Notes under the pieces: model-generated
Told to the model about the DNA's origin: nothing
The model's input: the letters and a program-made list of their open reading frames with translations, nothing else
Databases searched by the model: none
Shown: one piece after another, positions 36,801 to 50,025 of the stretch
Layout of the letters: each line of letters begins with the position of its first letter
Numbering within the stretch: position 1 is the stretch's first letter
Position numbers and translations under genes: made by a program
Assembly (NCBI GenBank): GCA_002189035.1
Contig: NEEC01000016.1
Span: 1,984,001-2,048,000, forward strand
DNA from: Utricularia gibba
Lineage: Eukaryota; Plantae; Magnoliophyta
Length of the DNA stretch: 64,000 bases
Direction: 5' to 3'

Positions 36801-39116
36801 ATGCACATGAAAGATGGGGAGATATTTTGGACTCTAAGGTAGATTGAGACTCCAATAGTTGAACTCCTTTGATGATAATACTTTAGGCCCAATGTTGATT
36901 CTGATAGTGTTGAGTAGAGCTTTGAGTTTAGCTTCAACCATCTTGCTCTTACTTCTTGTAATTGGTCTTGGTGCAATGATCTTACTCTCCAGTGTGCTCA
37001 CTTGTGCAACATCCTCATCATTCTTTAAATACTCTTTATTATCTTCCTGAGGCTCATCACTCTATTTTTCCTTATGCTTTTGTTGTGGTAGAGAAGGAAA
37101 ATCTTGTTAACTGGAGATGGTTCATTGAGCTTTTAAAGAAGGATTTGGAAGTTGACCAGGGGAAATTTTGGACATACATGTCTAACAAACAAAAGGGACT
37201 AGTTGAGTGCTTTGAAGAGCTACTACTTGAAGCTGAAAATTGTTTTTGTGTGTGGCATCTACATGGAAATATGAAAAGAGCAGGCTTCACTGGAATGGCA
37301 GTAAAAAAACTGTTTTGGGCAGCAGTTAGGGCAACGAGGGTAGAAGTTTGGAAGTATCACATGGATGAGATGAAAGCACAGTTTCTTTAAGCACATGAGT
37401 GGCTTCAAACAAAAGATCCACATGAATGGAGTTAGGCTTTTTTCTCTCCTTTTTCTAATTGTGATGTTCTTTTAAACAATTTTTATGAGTGTTTCAATGC
37501 AATGCTTGTTGAAGCACATGAACAACCCATCATCCAACTATTAGAGGGAAATAGGAATATACTGATGCATCGTATAGACAATATGAGGACACAAGGTTTG
37601 AAATAGGAGTGTCAGTTATGCCCTAGGAGTAGAACATTGTTAGATAAATTAGAGGATGATGCAGCAAAATATTTTGCAATGAGGAGCGATGAGAAAAACT
37701 ACCAAGTTGTTGGTCCCTATATGACTAGAACAATCAATTTAGTAGAAAAACTTGTAGCTGTGGTTCATGGAAATTGACTTATTTTCCATGTTGTCATGCG
37801 GTGGCTGCTATATGGCATAGAGGGCATCAGTGGAATACTATATCAATGAATGCTACAAGATAAGTGCTTTGCTTGGACAATATCAACACTCTATTGGTTG
37901 TGTTTCAAGTGAAGACATCTGAAGACCTTATGCAGTTCTTTCTCCACTACCACCAATTTATGAGAAGGGTGTTGGTAGGCCGAAGAAGACAAGTAAACGG
38001 AACCCTGAAGAGCCTCCTCCTGCTAAAAATCCAAATCGAACCCGAGGTCTTTCAAGAGAGTATAACCAATGCAGTAATTGCCAACAAGTTGGCCACAATA
38101 AGTGGACTTGCAAGAAGTTAGAAAAAAGCAAAGGACACTGTGTAAGCTCTTTTTTGACTTCTGGTTCTAATTTTTTACTATTAAAATTAATTTCTTATTA
38201 TCTATTTCATCAAAGGAAACGAAACCCTAATTTGCTACAAAAAACTGAAGAGAGCACTGTTGATCAACAAGATGGAAATGAGGCTTTGGTCCCTATAAAT
38301 GAACGAGCACCATAGAATGAAACAACTATTAAAATAACATCAACAAGCGCCACAAGTCAGGTAATTTATATGTGAACTACTAAGAATACCATTTATGCAC
38401 CTAATTAATCTAAGGCATGATTTTTTTAAGGTTAATACAAAAGGAAAGCGGGTTGTAGCTTCACATGATTATGCAAATCAACCAAAAAAGAAGAAGAAAT
38501 TACATGTGACTAACATATACTTACCATAGTATAACAACTTAAAAAATGCAGATAGCTAACAACTACTTTTTTCTTGTAGAATACTTAAGTGACCATTGGA
38601 AAACCATCTACAAGGCAAACATTTCCGGTTTCAGAAAACACAATGGTTATGAATGCACCAATGATCGTGAAAGGTAACAACAACTATGTCCCTTTATCCA
38701 ACCTCAAAAATAGCTTGAAGAGAAATTAGAAGCTAGCATTCATGGTCAAGTAAAATGAAATGTAGAATTGATGAACATGACATTTATTAGGATTTGTTGT
38801 TGTATAATGATATGTACCATGGATGGTTAGCATGTTCTTAAGGATTTTTTGTTATTGACCCTCTATGTATTTAATGGAAAATATTTTAGTATTTGTATTT
38901 TCACATAATTAGTGTCTATCGCCATCTGCTTTGCGTTTTTTTAGGAGAAAAATAATTAAAGTTGCACCATTAATTGATAATGAAAATAATATTAACTAGA
39001 AGAAAAGTAATTATTATTGCGTTTAAACAAAAACCAAGAATTGAAACCTTATGAAAAAATTTTGATCGAAATATGCAAATGAGTTAAAGATTGTGACCAA
39101 TTATTGAAATTTTCCC
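33858..39116 (+). mobile_element. Mutator-like element (MULE 1) with decayed MuDRA transposase
   Basis: TIRs gagttaatttcaaaaattggtcacaat (33858) and reverse complement gggaaaatttcaataattggtcacaat (39116). Motifs: WTIKSYNEKHTAC, GVD..FLKGPFGGQLLTAVGVDANN, FPYAFVVVEKENLVNWRWFIELL, FCVWHLHGN and a SWIM-like region near 37750-37810. No TSD found. Confidence 0.85.
36428..37059 (-). mobile_element. Solo LTR (632 bp) inserted in the MULE 1 transposase
   Basis: TGATG...CATCA termini; flanks ctata/ctcta; tataaatacc on the minus strand at ~36726-36735. Removing it restores DANNSIFPYA. Confidence 0.85.
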
Positions 39117-39589
39117 CTAAAGGGAAAATGAAGAAATGGCAGCAATGTAATTGTATATGTCCTCCAGTGACGGAATCCACTACATGACTCTCAATTGAAA
39201 CCCTATGAAAAAATTATGACTGAAAATTAAGTGCTTTTAAGAATATAACCAAGAAACACAAATTTTTGAAATTAACTCGCATACCTTTGAATAAATGTAT
39301 ATATGCCTAAAGCGGTTGTCAACATTTATGGTAATGTCTACAATGCTCCCCAAATTAATGTTTGTATTCACATCTAAATCTTCTAATGTGACATTTTTGC
39401 GGTGATAACAAAACCTATCAAGCTCTATAAAGTATAAAGCATTTGAGAAGAGGCAAAATGTTGTCTCCCACAAGTTAGAGCCGATCTATGACACTCTTGA
39501 TATGGTTTGACAAGGTACATTGTTATTATATGAATGCATTTTTATTTGAATCGTACATATTGTCATTATACATATTTCATTGTTTGTAG

Positions 39590-39900
39590 GACAGCTTGAG
39601 TGGACTCCTTACGAGGATATGCATTTACTATATGTCTCAGAATGTGATTGTATGCTTTGGTAGTACGTTGGTTCAATGATATATGCATCTTGGGTGGAGC
39701 CCCATTGCCTTAAACAAGTTTCTCGCCAATTTGGATGTGGTCATGTTATTCCATCCCTTCTAGACCGATATCTTGCAGAACATAAATTCACTAGAGACCC
39801 CTACGATATTGATTGGACATTGGAGCATGCTACACGTATAGTGTTGTGGACATTTAGGCACACTCATATTCTCCAGTTTCATATAGTGTTTGAGGGGGTA
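39590..39900 (+). pseudogene. Plant mobile domain (PMD/aminotransferase-like) remnant
   Basis: LEWTPYED at ~39595-39620, then SWVEPHCLKQVSRQFGCGHVIP (ORF 39676-39915). These match the recalled PMD motifs W.PY and E.H.P.RV.RQFG..Q.IP. Confidence 0.75.
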
Positions 39901-40749
39901 CATGGCATGGTATAGGCTGCATGCGTTGTTGTATCTTGGAAGAAGACGAGAGAAGGGTGATGGATGTCGAGGTGGAGATGCATAGCTGATAACTTATGCA
40001 GTAAAATAAACCTTTATATAAATATGGGTAATATTGTCCACACTAATTCCTCATTTTTTTTTTGTCTTCAGGTAGTATAGCTACACAGATTTCATACTAA
40101 GGGATCAAAAAGCAATGTGGGTGTATGAGGGGCCTAAGCCAGTAGCTTGGATGGCTCATGCCACAACAGTCATCATTGCTTAGTGAGACTAATCCATTAA
40201 TAGGAATTGATGGTGACCCCTTACAAGTCCACATGGACCAAACATATGAGGATTTCAATTCAGAGATGCTTCAGCAATGTATGACACCAACGAGCAAACC
40301 ATCAACATGTGAGGCTCCTTCTTCCTACCTACAATCACCACTCTTGACTACCATTCCATCATATCCTTGGTCACCTCCTTACTCGGAGTTTATGATACCT
40401 CATATAGGATCAAGCCAATCTAGTGTTGGGAGGGGACATGCTTATTGAAGATTCTTGTTGCCACCACCATATAGTGGTTCACATGATGTGATACGTCTGT
40501 CATCATCATGATGACGTAAGCATGTGTAGCTGGAATCACTATTCAAATCATTATATGTAGATGTGTTTTGTGATAATAAACTCTAATGTAAATCTTCAAT
40601 GAATAACCTACTTTTAAGAAAATAGTTTAAAAAAATCATATAGAAAACATCAAGAATAAATAATTTCTACTAGCAATTAATCAAAGTTATTTAAATCAGA
40701 AAATATTGAATCCATCTCACTATTCTGCTAGTGATCGATTTGCTCTCCA

Positions 40750-43700
40750 ATCTATTTCATTGTGAATTCTTGTGCAATGTTGTCGATCAACAATAGTCCG
40801 ACGTTGTGTAGGATCATTGTATAGAGTCCAACACAAGTAGAGGACATAGGTATTAGAACCCAGATATTTGAAAACCTCTTCATTGTATGTTTTCGCAAAG
40901 CATTCAATATATCGAGACTAATTATGAGATTGTATGCACTTACATTTACCTTTTTAGTAGCAGCAATTGTCAAGGTTGAAATTCACACCTCATAAACTTA
41001 GACTTTGATGCCATGTTCCCAAAGAAGGAACATAAGGCTTTATTATCATACTAACTTAAACTCATAGGAAGATTGAATTAGTTTAGGTTACATCACATAG
41101 TAAGAGGTGAAGCAAAAAGAAAGTAATTCACATAGCCATTATACAACATAGTGGAAAACATATTATTTTAGCTTACATGACTCCCTACACAAACTTAACA
41201 CTTCAAGGATTCATAAAGACAACCTTGAAACGTAAGGACTAGTTTGGATGCGAGCTTCACTTTGAACGATCAACTTAGGCCCACAACCAAGAGGCTTCAA
41301 AATGACTAACAATGAGATCCTTTCCCTATGGCCTGGATCATAGCACCTAATCCTGCCTTTCTCATTCATTTCTTGGAATAATTAGCTGTCAAGGCACTAA
41401 ATGCAATTCATTAAATCAAGAAGACCACATAGAGCAAGCATGTATCCATTCAAAATAAAGGTTCATCAAAAAACAAGAATAAGCAATAACATTTGACTTA
41501 TCATCATGACTGTATCAACTATGTGACCATTCACGTGCATGGTTGTACCCCTTGATCTCAGTAACTTTAGTCTGGCACCTTAGAGGCCAAGATCAAGAAG
41601 TTCTTTTTGGCTTTGGGCCACCCGCTTTACCAACTCCACACGATTGTAGCTCCTTTGCTTTTTTTCCATTCCTCAACCTCATACTGTTTGGTGGCCAAAA
41701 CTCGATAAGGAGTTACCTCAAGCATGCTTGACCTATAGGAATGTACATCCACAGCTCCCCACAAGTTTTCTATTTCAAAAACCTGTACCTCAATCTCATA
41801 ACACATCACGATGCACATAAAAACCATGCCATATTTCATGAAATTTTTCTTATTTAAAATTACTAAAAAAAAATCATTTGAAAGCTAGGGAGCATGGCTT
41901 TATTCAGTAATAGAAATTCAAGCACCCAATAGAAAGTTATGAAATCAAGAGATTGGACTCAAAAAATCAATTTCTGAGGCTTGACAGAATTCAAAGATCT
42001 TAAAAGATAAACCCTTAACATCCTGCTTCCATATCCAAATTAATAAATTCTTTTTGAAACATAAATAAAGGATAAAGAGATGTCACATTAAGCATACCTC
42101 ATGAATCATAGCCAATCAACACATAAAAGTCATGAAATACATAAAAGCACACATTTACTCATAGAACACATCACATAAATTCAGAACCCATCATCCCACT
42201 TACCTTTATCCAAACTGGATCCTTCCAAAGCCAAACCCTTTGTAAACATCTATGCTATAAGCTTGAGAAATCTTGTGTTTTTGAAACCACTACACAGGTC
42301 TCAACAAACCAAACTTCACAACGGTGCAAACTATTTTTATGATATCCCTATAAGCTGATCCTCCACGTTTTCCTCCTTTCAAAAATGCTTTTTCTTCCAT
42401 CTATTCTCCTTTTATAATGTTAGTCATGCTTATCTTTAATTCCTCTAATCGAGATATATATCATCACAATCAAAACAAATGGCATTTCCTTAATCTACAT
42501 GAAACACATGTCAACACCATATTAAAACAAGTGATGCTCATTGATTGGCCATGCTGCATATTTTATTTGTGTTGTCGTGAGCTAATTAAAACACATGTTG
42601 CTTTCTAATTGGTCATGGTTGCATGCATAATCTTTTTCTATTCTACCTTTTCTTTTCCTCCTATTCTAATTCTTGTTCTAAAATATCACAACAATAGCAT
42701 GAGAGCATGAAACACCATACTTAGTTCACTTTCCACAATTACAAGTTTGATTGCAAAGCATCACTCTGTAGTGATAGCGTCTCCCTTTCCCACGGCTGAT
42801 GACTTCAATCTAAAATGACACATTCATATTCTCGAATTGGCACACATGATGTGTCTTTGCTCATTCTCATGCTCTGTCTCAAAAATCTTTTACCTTCCTC
42901 TAAAAGAGCTTGTGTACATCGATAACAAGTGTTATATATAAAATAAAATAATGAAACATTAAAAACACCCAAGACTAGGTAATCTCAAAATTGTACCTAA
43001 TAATTTTCTGTCGTCAAGGTGATCTCATGTTTATGCTCACAGAGGATGGTAGCCGACTTGTACAATGTAGTCTCAACAATTGTATCCTAGGAAAACTGGT
43101 GACAAACTTTGAAAATGTTGTTCACGATCTCCGTTGCAATAGAAGTTAGATTCCTGAAACATCTACTTGAATCATATGAGAAGCCTATCTCTCAAATGAA
43201 TCATTTTCCGGCTCAAAGAACCATGCATAAGTTATCAGATTTTTCTTTTGAATCCTTTCAAATTACATCATCAACTTTCTTGGATCATAGGTCGCTCCGG
43301 CATTGTAAGTCATTTGCTTAAGTATTTTGTTTCCAAGCTTCTTATTGAAGTTGGAAACATAATGATGCAAATAAAAAGTGGGCTAGATGGCCTTCTTGAA
43401 ACCCATGGTAATTCCTCATAGTTGCAAGTATGCCTCCAGCTTTGTTCGAGATTATGTTAGCTTGGCTTTGAAAAAAAAGTACTCATCTAGTAAATCTATA
43501 AACCAAAGATATGCATCCATACTCTCCTTGTCGATACATGCATAGGCTAGCAGTAAGATGTGACCACCTCAAACCTTGATAGTAGTCACGAGCAAGTTGT
43601 GGTCATAACATCCATATACAAAGGTGGTATCGACCATAATAACAGACATGTAAAACTTGAATGCTTGAATAAAGGAACCATAGGCCCAAAAATATAATGC

Positions 43701-44570
43701 ATGATTTTATTGTAGTTTCCTGCAATAGTGGGAAGACAGTCCCATGAGATCATTGTACCCGGATTGGCCTACTTGATTGCCACAAAAAACGTAAGCAGTT
43801 TTTGCACCAACGATTCCCATGTTTCATAGACCAACTCAAAAGCAAGTTGAGCACCATATCATGTACATTCATAAGTAATCTTCTTCTTCTAATATTTTTA
43901 AAAAATGCATTTTCAAGCATCCACAACTTTAATCTCTAAAAAAAGAAAAGTTATTAAAATATAAACTATGTAAAGAAATTTGAGAAATATTTAAACTATA
44001 CCTCCTTCTTTATGTGCAATATGCATAAGCTCATATTCAATGAACAAACCAGAAAGTTTGTGATGTTGTGCGCTCCATCAATGTATGTCATGCAAACATG
44101 CTTAGTCACAAACTGATAATTGCCAAACTCTACCATGTGTAGATTACATAATCCTTATACACCAATAACACTTAGAATCCATGTTAGCATGAGCACATTT
44201 TCTCTCTCAGAATGTGGGATGACTAATTGGAATTATGAATTCATATCCTCATTTTATATGATACTGGACAACACAATATTGGGAATGAACTTCACTAGCA
44301 AATGCAATTTTCTTATTTAACACGTATGCCTTCTCATCTTAATGCCTATATTTGCCACCATAGTATTTACCGGATTATTTTGGAAAGGGGGCACTCCTCC
44401 CTCACGAACCACCCCAGAGAACTGTTGAGAGCGAGATCTAGACAATTGTATTACATGATGTGCCTCAATTCTGTTTTTTGGTGTTTCATCCTTGCAAACA
44501 TTCTTTGAAGGGGCTTCAGAATTCTCATTCAAGTTGGTGTCTCCACCATCATCATCAAAGTCGACCACAT
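40750..44570 (-). pseudogene. MULE 2 transposase remnant, split by a solo LTR
   Basis: Minus strand reads SVIMVDTTFVYGCYDHNLLVTT (~43575-43650) and QTCNCGK*TKYGVSCSHAI (~42695-42750, SWIM). After the LTR it continues AATKKVNV...KTYNEEVF (~40860-40965). Confidence 0.8.
40968..42690. mobile_element. Solo LTR (1723 bp) inserted in the SWIM motif of MULE 2
   Basis: TGTCAAGG...ATATCACA termini; flanks gcaat/acaat. Removing it restores CSHAIAATKK on the minus strand. Confidence 0.8.
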
Positions 44571-45549
44571 CTTCAAAAAGGTAATGACAATAATTTCATA
44601 CATTTAGAATTAACATCGTTAAAATTACTTTTTAAGGGATATCCTTCAGCCAAATTCACACTTTAGTTGTTATCATGGCTTAAACATAATGGTAATTGAA
44701 GACTCGGGGATATATCTATAATACAATTAATTATTATCAATATATAAAATAAATAGTTATTAATATATCCAATAAAACAAATATCTCTATAGTTGACATC
44801 TGGCAAATTGGTGTAAGGCCATGAAGAAGTATATGAACTTTCATCCTCATTGTAGAGCAAATTGACATTTTTGCTATTAAATATCATGTTACTCGGATAT
44901 TGACATTTCCAAAAAAAATTAAAAAAAATCTTTAATGCATTTATCCATTATGAAATGGTAAAACAAATGTAAACTTAAATAAAAGTAATTTAATAATAAT
45001 AATAATAATATAATCAACAATTGTGTGATTATTATAGACTATCATACAAAAATTGTATCAAAATAATTAAATAATAAAAAATAAAATTAAAAAGTAAATT
45101 GTTTATTATTATAAAATATCATATAAAATAGTATAAAAATTTAAATAAAAAAATTACAAAGGAAAAAAAAAGATATTACCAAATTTTTCTCTAAATCTAA
45201 CTTTACTTAATCTTGAATATGAATAAGAAATTTGTGGAGGTAGAAAATATATATAGAAGAGAAAATATGGGCTTAGCAGTGAAGTGGTGTCATTAATGAC
45301 GTCTAATCTAAAGCATCATCATTGATGGTGCATGTATGAAGGCACCATTAATAATAGCGTGAGCCATCCTATGTGTGGAAGGCATCATTACTCATCAAGT
45401 ATAGTATTAATTATATAATATAATTTTTAACCATTATTATATAACTTAGTTTTTCCATTCTACTTAATGGTCTAGCATGTGCCATGCTAGCTCCTTGGAA
45501 ACACATTCCTAAATTGTTGCAGCAATTCTTCTATGCCTTCGTTCTCTTC

Positions 45550-45843
45550 CTATGTGCTAGCATATGTGGAATGCAACAATAAATTATAGGCTTGTTGCCC
45601 CCTTTCATCCCCATAGATGGAACAATCCTCGCTTCAGTGTATGTACACCCACCTCCTTCCATCAATGTCGCATAATTCTAGTACTCGTTCATGGTAGCCT
45701 ATCTTCGCATGGTGCACTTCCCAACCAGTCAATTCCTCACACTACCTCTTGTCCTTAAAGCCCCAACTACCATAGGGTCACAACCTTCCCAAGCCTAATT
45801 CAAATTGTGGGAATTTCCTATTACTCGTCAACAATCCCCCCTG
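45550..45843 (-). mobile_element. 3' LTR plus polypurine tract of a further LTR element; GC-richer internal sequence probably resumes at 47214-47960
   Basis: Minus strand reads CAGGGGGAT-TGTTGACGAG (PPT at 45843-45834, LTR start at 45833). The far LTR end was not located. Confidence 0.5.
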
Positions 45844-45862
45844 AGCATTCTTACTCTCTATA

Positions 45863-47213
45863 TGATAAATGAAAATTTCCTAATGTTGTTGCAAAAATAG
45901 AAATTTTGTATCAAATAAATTTATAAACCCTAATCTACACAAAATACAAATTTGAAAAATTTGTATAGTGGATTTTGGGATCGATCACAAGAGCTTGTGC
46001 TTGTTATGTGTTTCAGCAGATGCAGAATTCGGAATAAGAGTTGGTCTTAGTCTAAGCTCAAACTAACAATAGTAAACAAGTTCAGTAAACAATATCATAT
46101 CTCACGTTGAAGATAGCAAATACTAGTTTTAACACAGAGTAATGTGAAGATGCCTTAAGGGTCTGCATGTGGTGTGGTGCTAAAATGCCTAAACCCTATA
46201 CTCACAGCTTCAAACAACCTAAGTCTACCCAAGTCATTCATCATATTTTTGGGTAAGCTAGTCCCAAATATCATCACTAACATTGCAATTAGGTCTACCC
46301 ACATGCAAAGCATATAGAATTAGGTCTACCCGGTTCTACTGATTTTATCCTAGACTAATACCTACTACTCCCACTTTGATGTGTTGGTCTACCTCTAAAT
46401 CAAACATCTTAGTTATGAAGTTACTTATTTCCCTCCTTAGGTCTACCCATGGAATGATAGAAACAAGAACTAAGAAACAATCATAAATTTCATTATTAAT
46501 CCTAGATTCACACCACCATGCTTCACCTTAAAGCATCCCTAAAATTTTAGCTACTCATACTTGGAAAATAAAACATGATTTAATCTAGGAAAATAAAACA
46601 TGATTTAATCTAGACAATGTGGCAAAAATAACAGAAACATTGTAAGTAAGTCAGATACAGCAACTTAAAACGTTCAAAAAACGAAAAGGAAATAAAGATT
46701 GTTCTATTGCCCGGTTACTACTGTTCATGGCCCAGAACAGTAACGCTGGGCTAGGCTCTAATGCTGTTCTTGAGGATGAAGCCCTCCTTCTCCTCTTCTC
46801 GTTAGTATTCTTCGTGTTGGGGGAGAAGCCCCCTCGTGTGTGATCGCATGTGTTCTTCCCGCTCCATCCTTTTTCGAAAAATATCTCCCCTCTTTTACTC
46901 CATTGCACTGTTCCTTACACCAGCATTGTTCTCGGCCTGAACTTGCAGATTGTAGGCGCTAGAACAGTGCTCTTTGTCTCTCTTAGGATGTTGTGCCCTT
47001 TTCTACTTATTCCACACGTTTGTGAGTTTGATTTGATGTGAATCCTCTTGTTGAACTTAATTAAACATTAATAACAAAGATGATGGACAACATAAACACA
47101 TAAAATTAATATAAATAACACATAAAACATGAAAAACCATATTTAACTAACATAAACCATAATAAAACATAACCATTTTGCATAATAAAATTCAAAGAAA
47201 ACGTATGTCATCA
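45863..47213 (-). mobile_element. Solo LTR, Athila-like (1351 bp)
   Basis: TGATAAAT...GTCATCA termini; flanks ctata/ctatc. Clearly homologous to 13441-13760 (shared taaatttataa.ccctaatctacacaaaatacaaattt...gatcacaag.agcttgtgcttg). Confidence 0.9.
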
Positions 47214-48857
47214 CTATCATGCGACCTCTCCTTTCACCTTGGGAATCTTTCAATGCAATTGTTAGCTATACATGAGTGGGTTGCCTTCCCTTAGGTCAGA
47301 CGCCTACATCTATCGTGGTTGCCCCTCATTGGTGGCATAGTCACCCAAACGATTGACTTTAGACCATTCGCTCATTAAATTCCACGCCTTCCCACAATTG
47401 AAGCATTCTTAGATCGCTCATTGGCATAGTTTGACATGCGTTCGCACCTTTCGCAAGGTGGCATGGCCGCGGTCCCTATAGTCTTCATCGTTTTTCCCCC
47501 TTGTTCGATCGTTGCCTTACTTTTTCCACCCATTGCCCTCTTCGCACTGATTGCATCTTGCATGCCACAAGCATTGCTATTGCTAGCAGGTCAGGCAGCT
47601 ATTCGAAGTTGACAGACATAACCCGATCACGGATGTGAGAGAGCAATCCCTAGTAGAACTTAAGGAAGTGTAGTGCATCACTGATCGTGATGCCCAAGTG
47701 GAACCAGACCGACTCCTAGAATCTTATGTGGTAATCATGCGCCATTTCACCAACCCATTGTGCAATCGCCTTAAATTGAGTCATCTTGGCTATGAGAACC
47801 ATGTTTAGGTAGTATTGTTCTAGGACTTTGGTTTGGCAAAACCTCCAGCTCACATGCTACCGTGTCCCGCAGCGAGTTCCTTTCCTCCAATGGGCAGTCT
47901 CCCCCACTAGGAAGTGGGATGCCACCGCTGCTCAAAGGTCTGGATTTCTTCAATCGCTAATATCACACTATCTCAAATAATGTATCTGGTTTATGTATCA
48001 TCAGAATATTTCATTAACATTAGAAAAATACTATTATTTGCATATTTTGAATAAATGTTATAACATTGAATACTAATATAAAAATTTATACTTGAATTAT
48101 TTCTAGCTTGATTTCTAGTGTGTCATTAATCACATAGTTTGAGGCATTCTATGCTATTCTAGAACGATTCATTGGGTCTAAAATATCATAATACACCTTT
48201 TTTTCATGTTGGATACTTTGACACAATATGAAGGATTGCATATAAATCTGATTGAGGGCATAATTTTAAAAATTATATTTCAAGCTGCTTAAGATATTTG
48301 TACGAAATGCATTTTCACTCTTTCACCCAGTTGATATAATCGACAATATATCGATATAAAATATAAATTAATCAAATGATAAATATGTATATTGATTTAT
48401 ATATATAAATCAGTTTTTTGTATCATTTTTTTAATATATCAAATATAAAAATTCTTTAAATCCATCAAATATCCCAAATAACTTTGATCCAATTTATTAC
48501 TATCCTACATACCAAATTGATCCTTAGGAAATCACCTACTGTATATTTCCTTGGGCCTTTTGATTTGTGGGCTACTCCTAGTGAATTATCAAGTGTTTCT
48601 CCTAGTTTGGATTGCCTTATCTATTTTATCTTATTGAAGTCTCTTTGGTGTACCCCAAGAATGAAAATTTCTTTTTGTTACATTTCCTGATTTGCGGTTG
48701 CATAAATTTTACAAGTCGTTTGATAATTTACACCATACTGGTCTGATCAATGCATTCTGCACGTGAGTTGTATGCTATTGTAAATTCGTCTCTTTTCTGT
48801 GGACTAGGACTGGTACTGTTTCTTAAATTGACTAGAAAATTGTTGTTGTGAGAGCAG

Positions 48858-49980
48858 GTGTTTGGAAGCATGAAAAAAAGAGTGATGTATGGGCATGAGT
48901 TCTATGGATTGCTTGTGAGCGAGAAGGCATTTAAGGGGCTTGATGAGCCTGTGGATCTGACGGAGGGACCTATCGTCCTTCAATATAAGGTTCGTCTCCA
49001 AGAGGGACTTGCTTGAATGTGGTGGTGCATATCCCAAATTTCTCCCACCTCGCTTTACGCCCTGATAAATGTGGTGCTACAAACAAGGTTCCCTTCATTC
49101 TGAAGCATAAAAACCCAGTAGACTGGGATGATGAAGAGGATGGCGAATGGGAGGCCCCTACGATTGATATCCCCAAACGTGAAGAAGCTCCAGGTTGCGG
49201 TGAGTGAAAGAGCCCTAAGATGAAGAATCCTAACTGTCGTGGAAAATGGCATGCTCTGCTAACTGCTTATTGACAACCCCAATCATAAGTGTCTTCGGAA
49301 GCCTTGGGAGTTCGACAGCCCTGTGTATTTTGAGCTTGAGAAGCCAAATTATGAACCCATCGCTGCTATTGGAATTGAAATCTGGACCATGCAAGATGGC
49401 ATATTATTTGAAAACATTTTGATGTCTACGAGCGAGAAGGTTGCAGAGTCATACCGCATGTCTTGCTGGAAGCCAAAGTTTGAGGCCGGCGGAGGAATTA
49501 AGGGTGCCCAGATAATTCCGGGAATTCCATATCTTCGCCGATCAAGTTACTTGTTGCTACAGCATTCTCACTCAGGAAACAGAAAATTGTGTTGGACAAC
49601 CTTTACAAGGTAGCCGATCTCCCAGTTTTGGGTGAGCACAAGGGCAAGCTTGTGGTAAGTTAAATGGCGTTTCCCTTCGAATTAAGCTACTGGTTTATCC
49701 CATGACAAATAGTTATCGTGGAACTTCCTTTTGTTTCTATTGTAGGATTTAATTGGTATAGCATCATCTTGTGTGTGTTTTTCAGACTGATGTTTGGTGG
49801 AAGCAAGGCAGTAAGCGTCAACCCCACTAATTGATTTATTAGTCCAATACTAAAACTGGATTACCCAGGCAAGAAAGTGAGAGCCAGAAAACAGATGCTG
49901 CCCAGACTCCAGGCAAGCAGAAGACGACTGATGATAAAGACGAGCAGAATGGAGATGCTACTGCGGCTGCTCCATTCTAC
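48858..49980 (+). pseudogene. CNX: Calnexin pseudogene (unprocessed, internally deleted, 5' exons absent)
   Basis: GVWKHEK..., [103 protein letters not shown] and LYKVADLP. Retains GT-AG introns near 49655-49745 and 49811-49869; has stops and frameshifts. Confidence 0.92.
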
Positions 49981-49998
49981 TTGAAGTTGATCCACCAT

Positions 49999-50025
49999 GG
50001 AGAGGAGAGGAGAGGAGAGGAGAGT
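49999..50025 (+). repeat. (GGAGA)n pentamer repeat
   Basis: ggagaggagaggagaggagaggagag. Confidence 0.9.

Larger units (their letters stand above)
39122..45540. mobile_element. Mutator-like element (MULE 2) with a minus-strand transposase and a plus-strand PMD remnant; right boundary approximate
   Basis: Starts gggaaaatgaagaaatggcagcaa, with a weak inverted counterpart near 45495-45540 and short subterminal repeats at 45280-45400. Confidence 0.6.
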
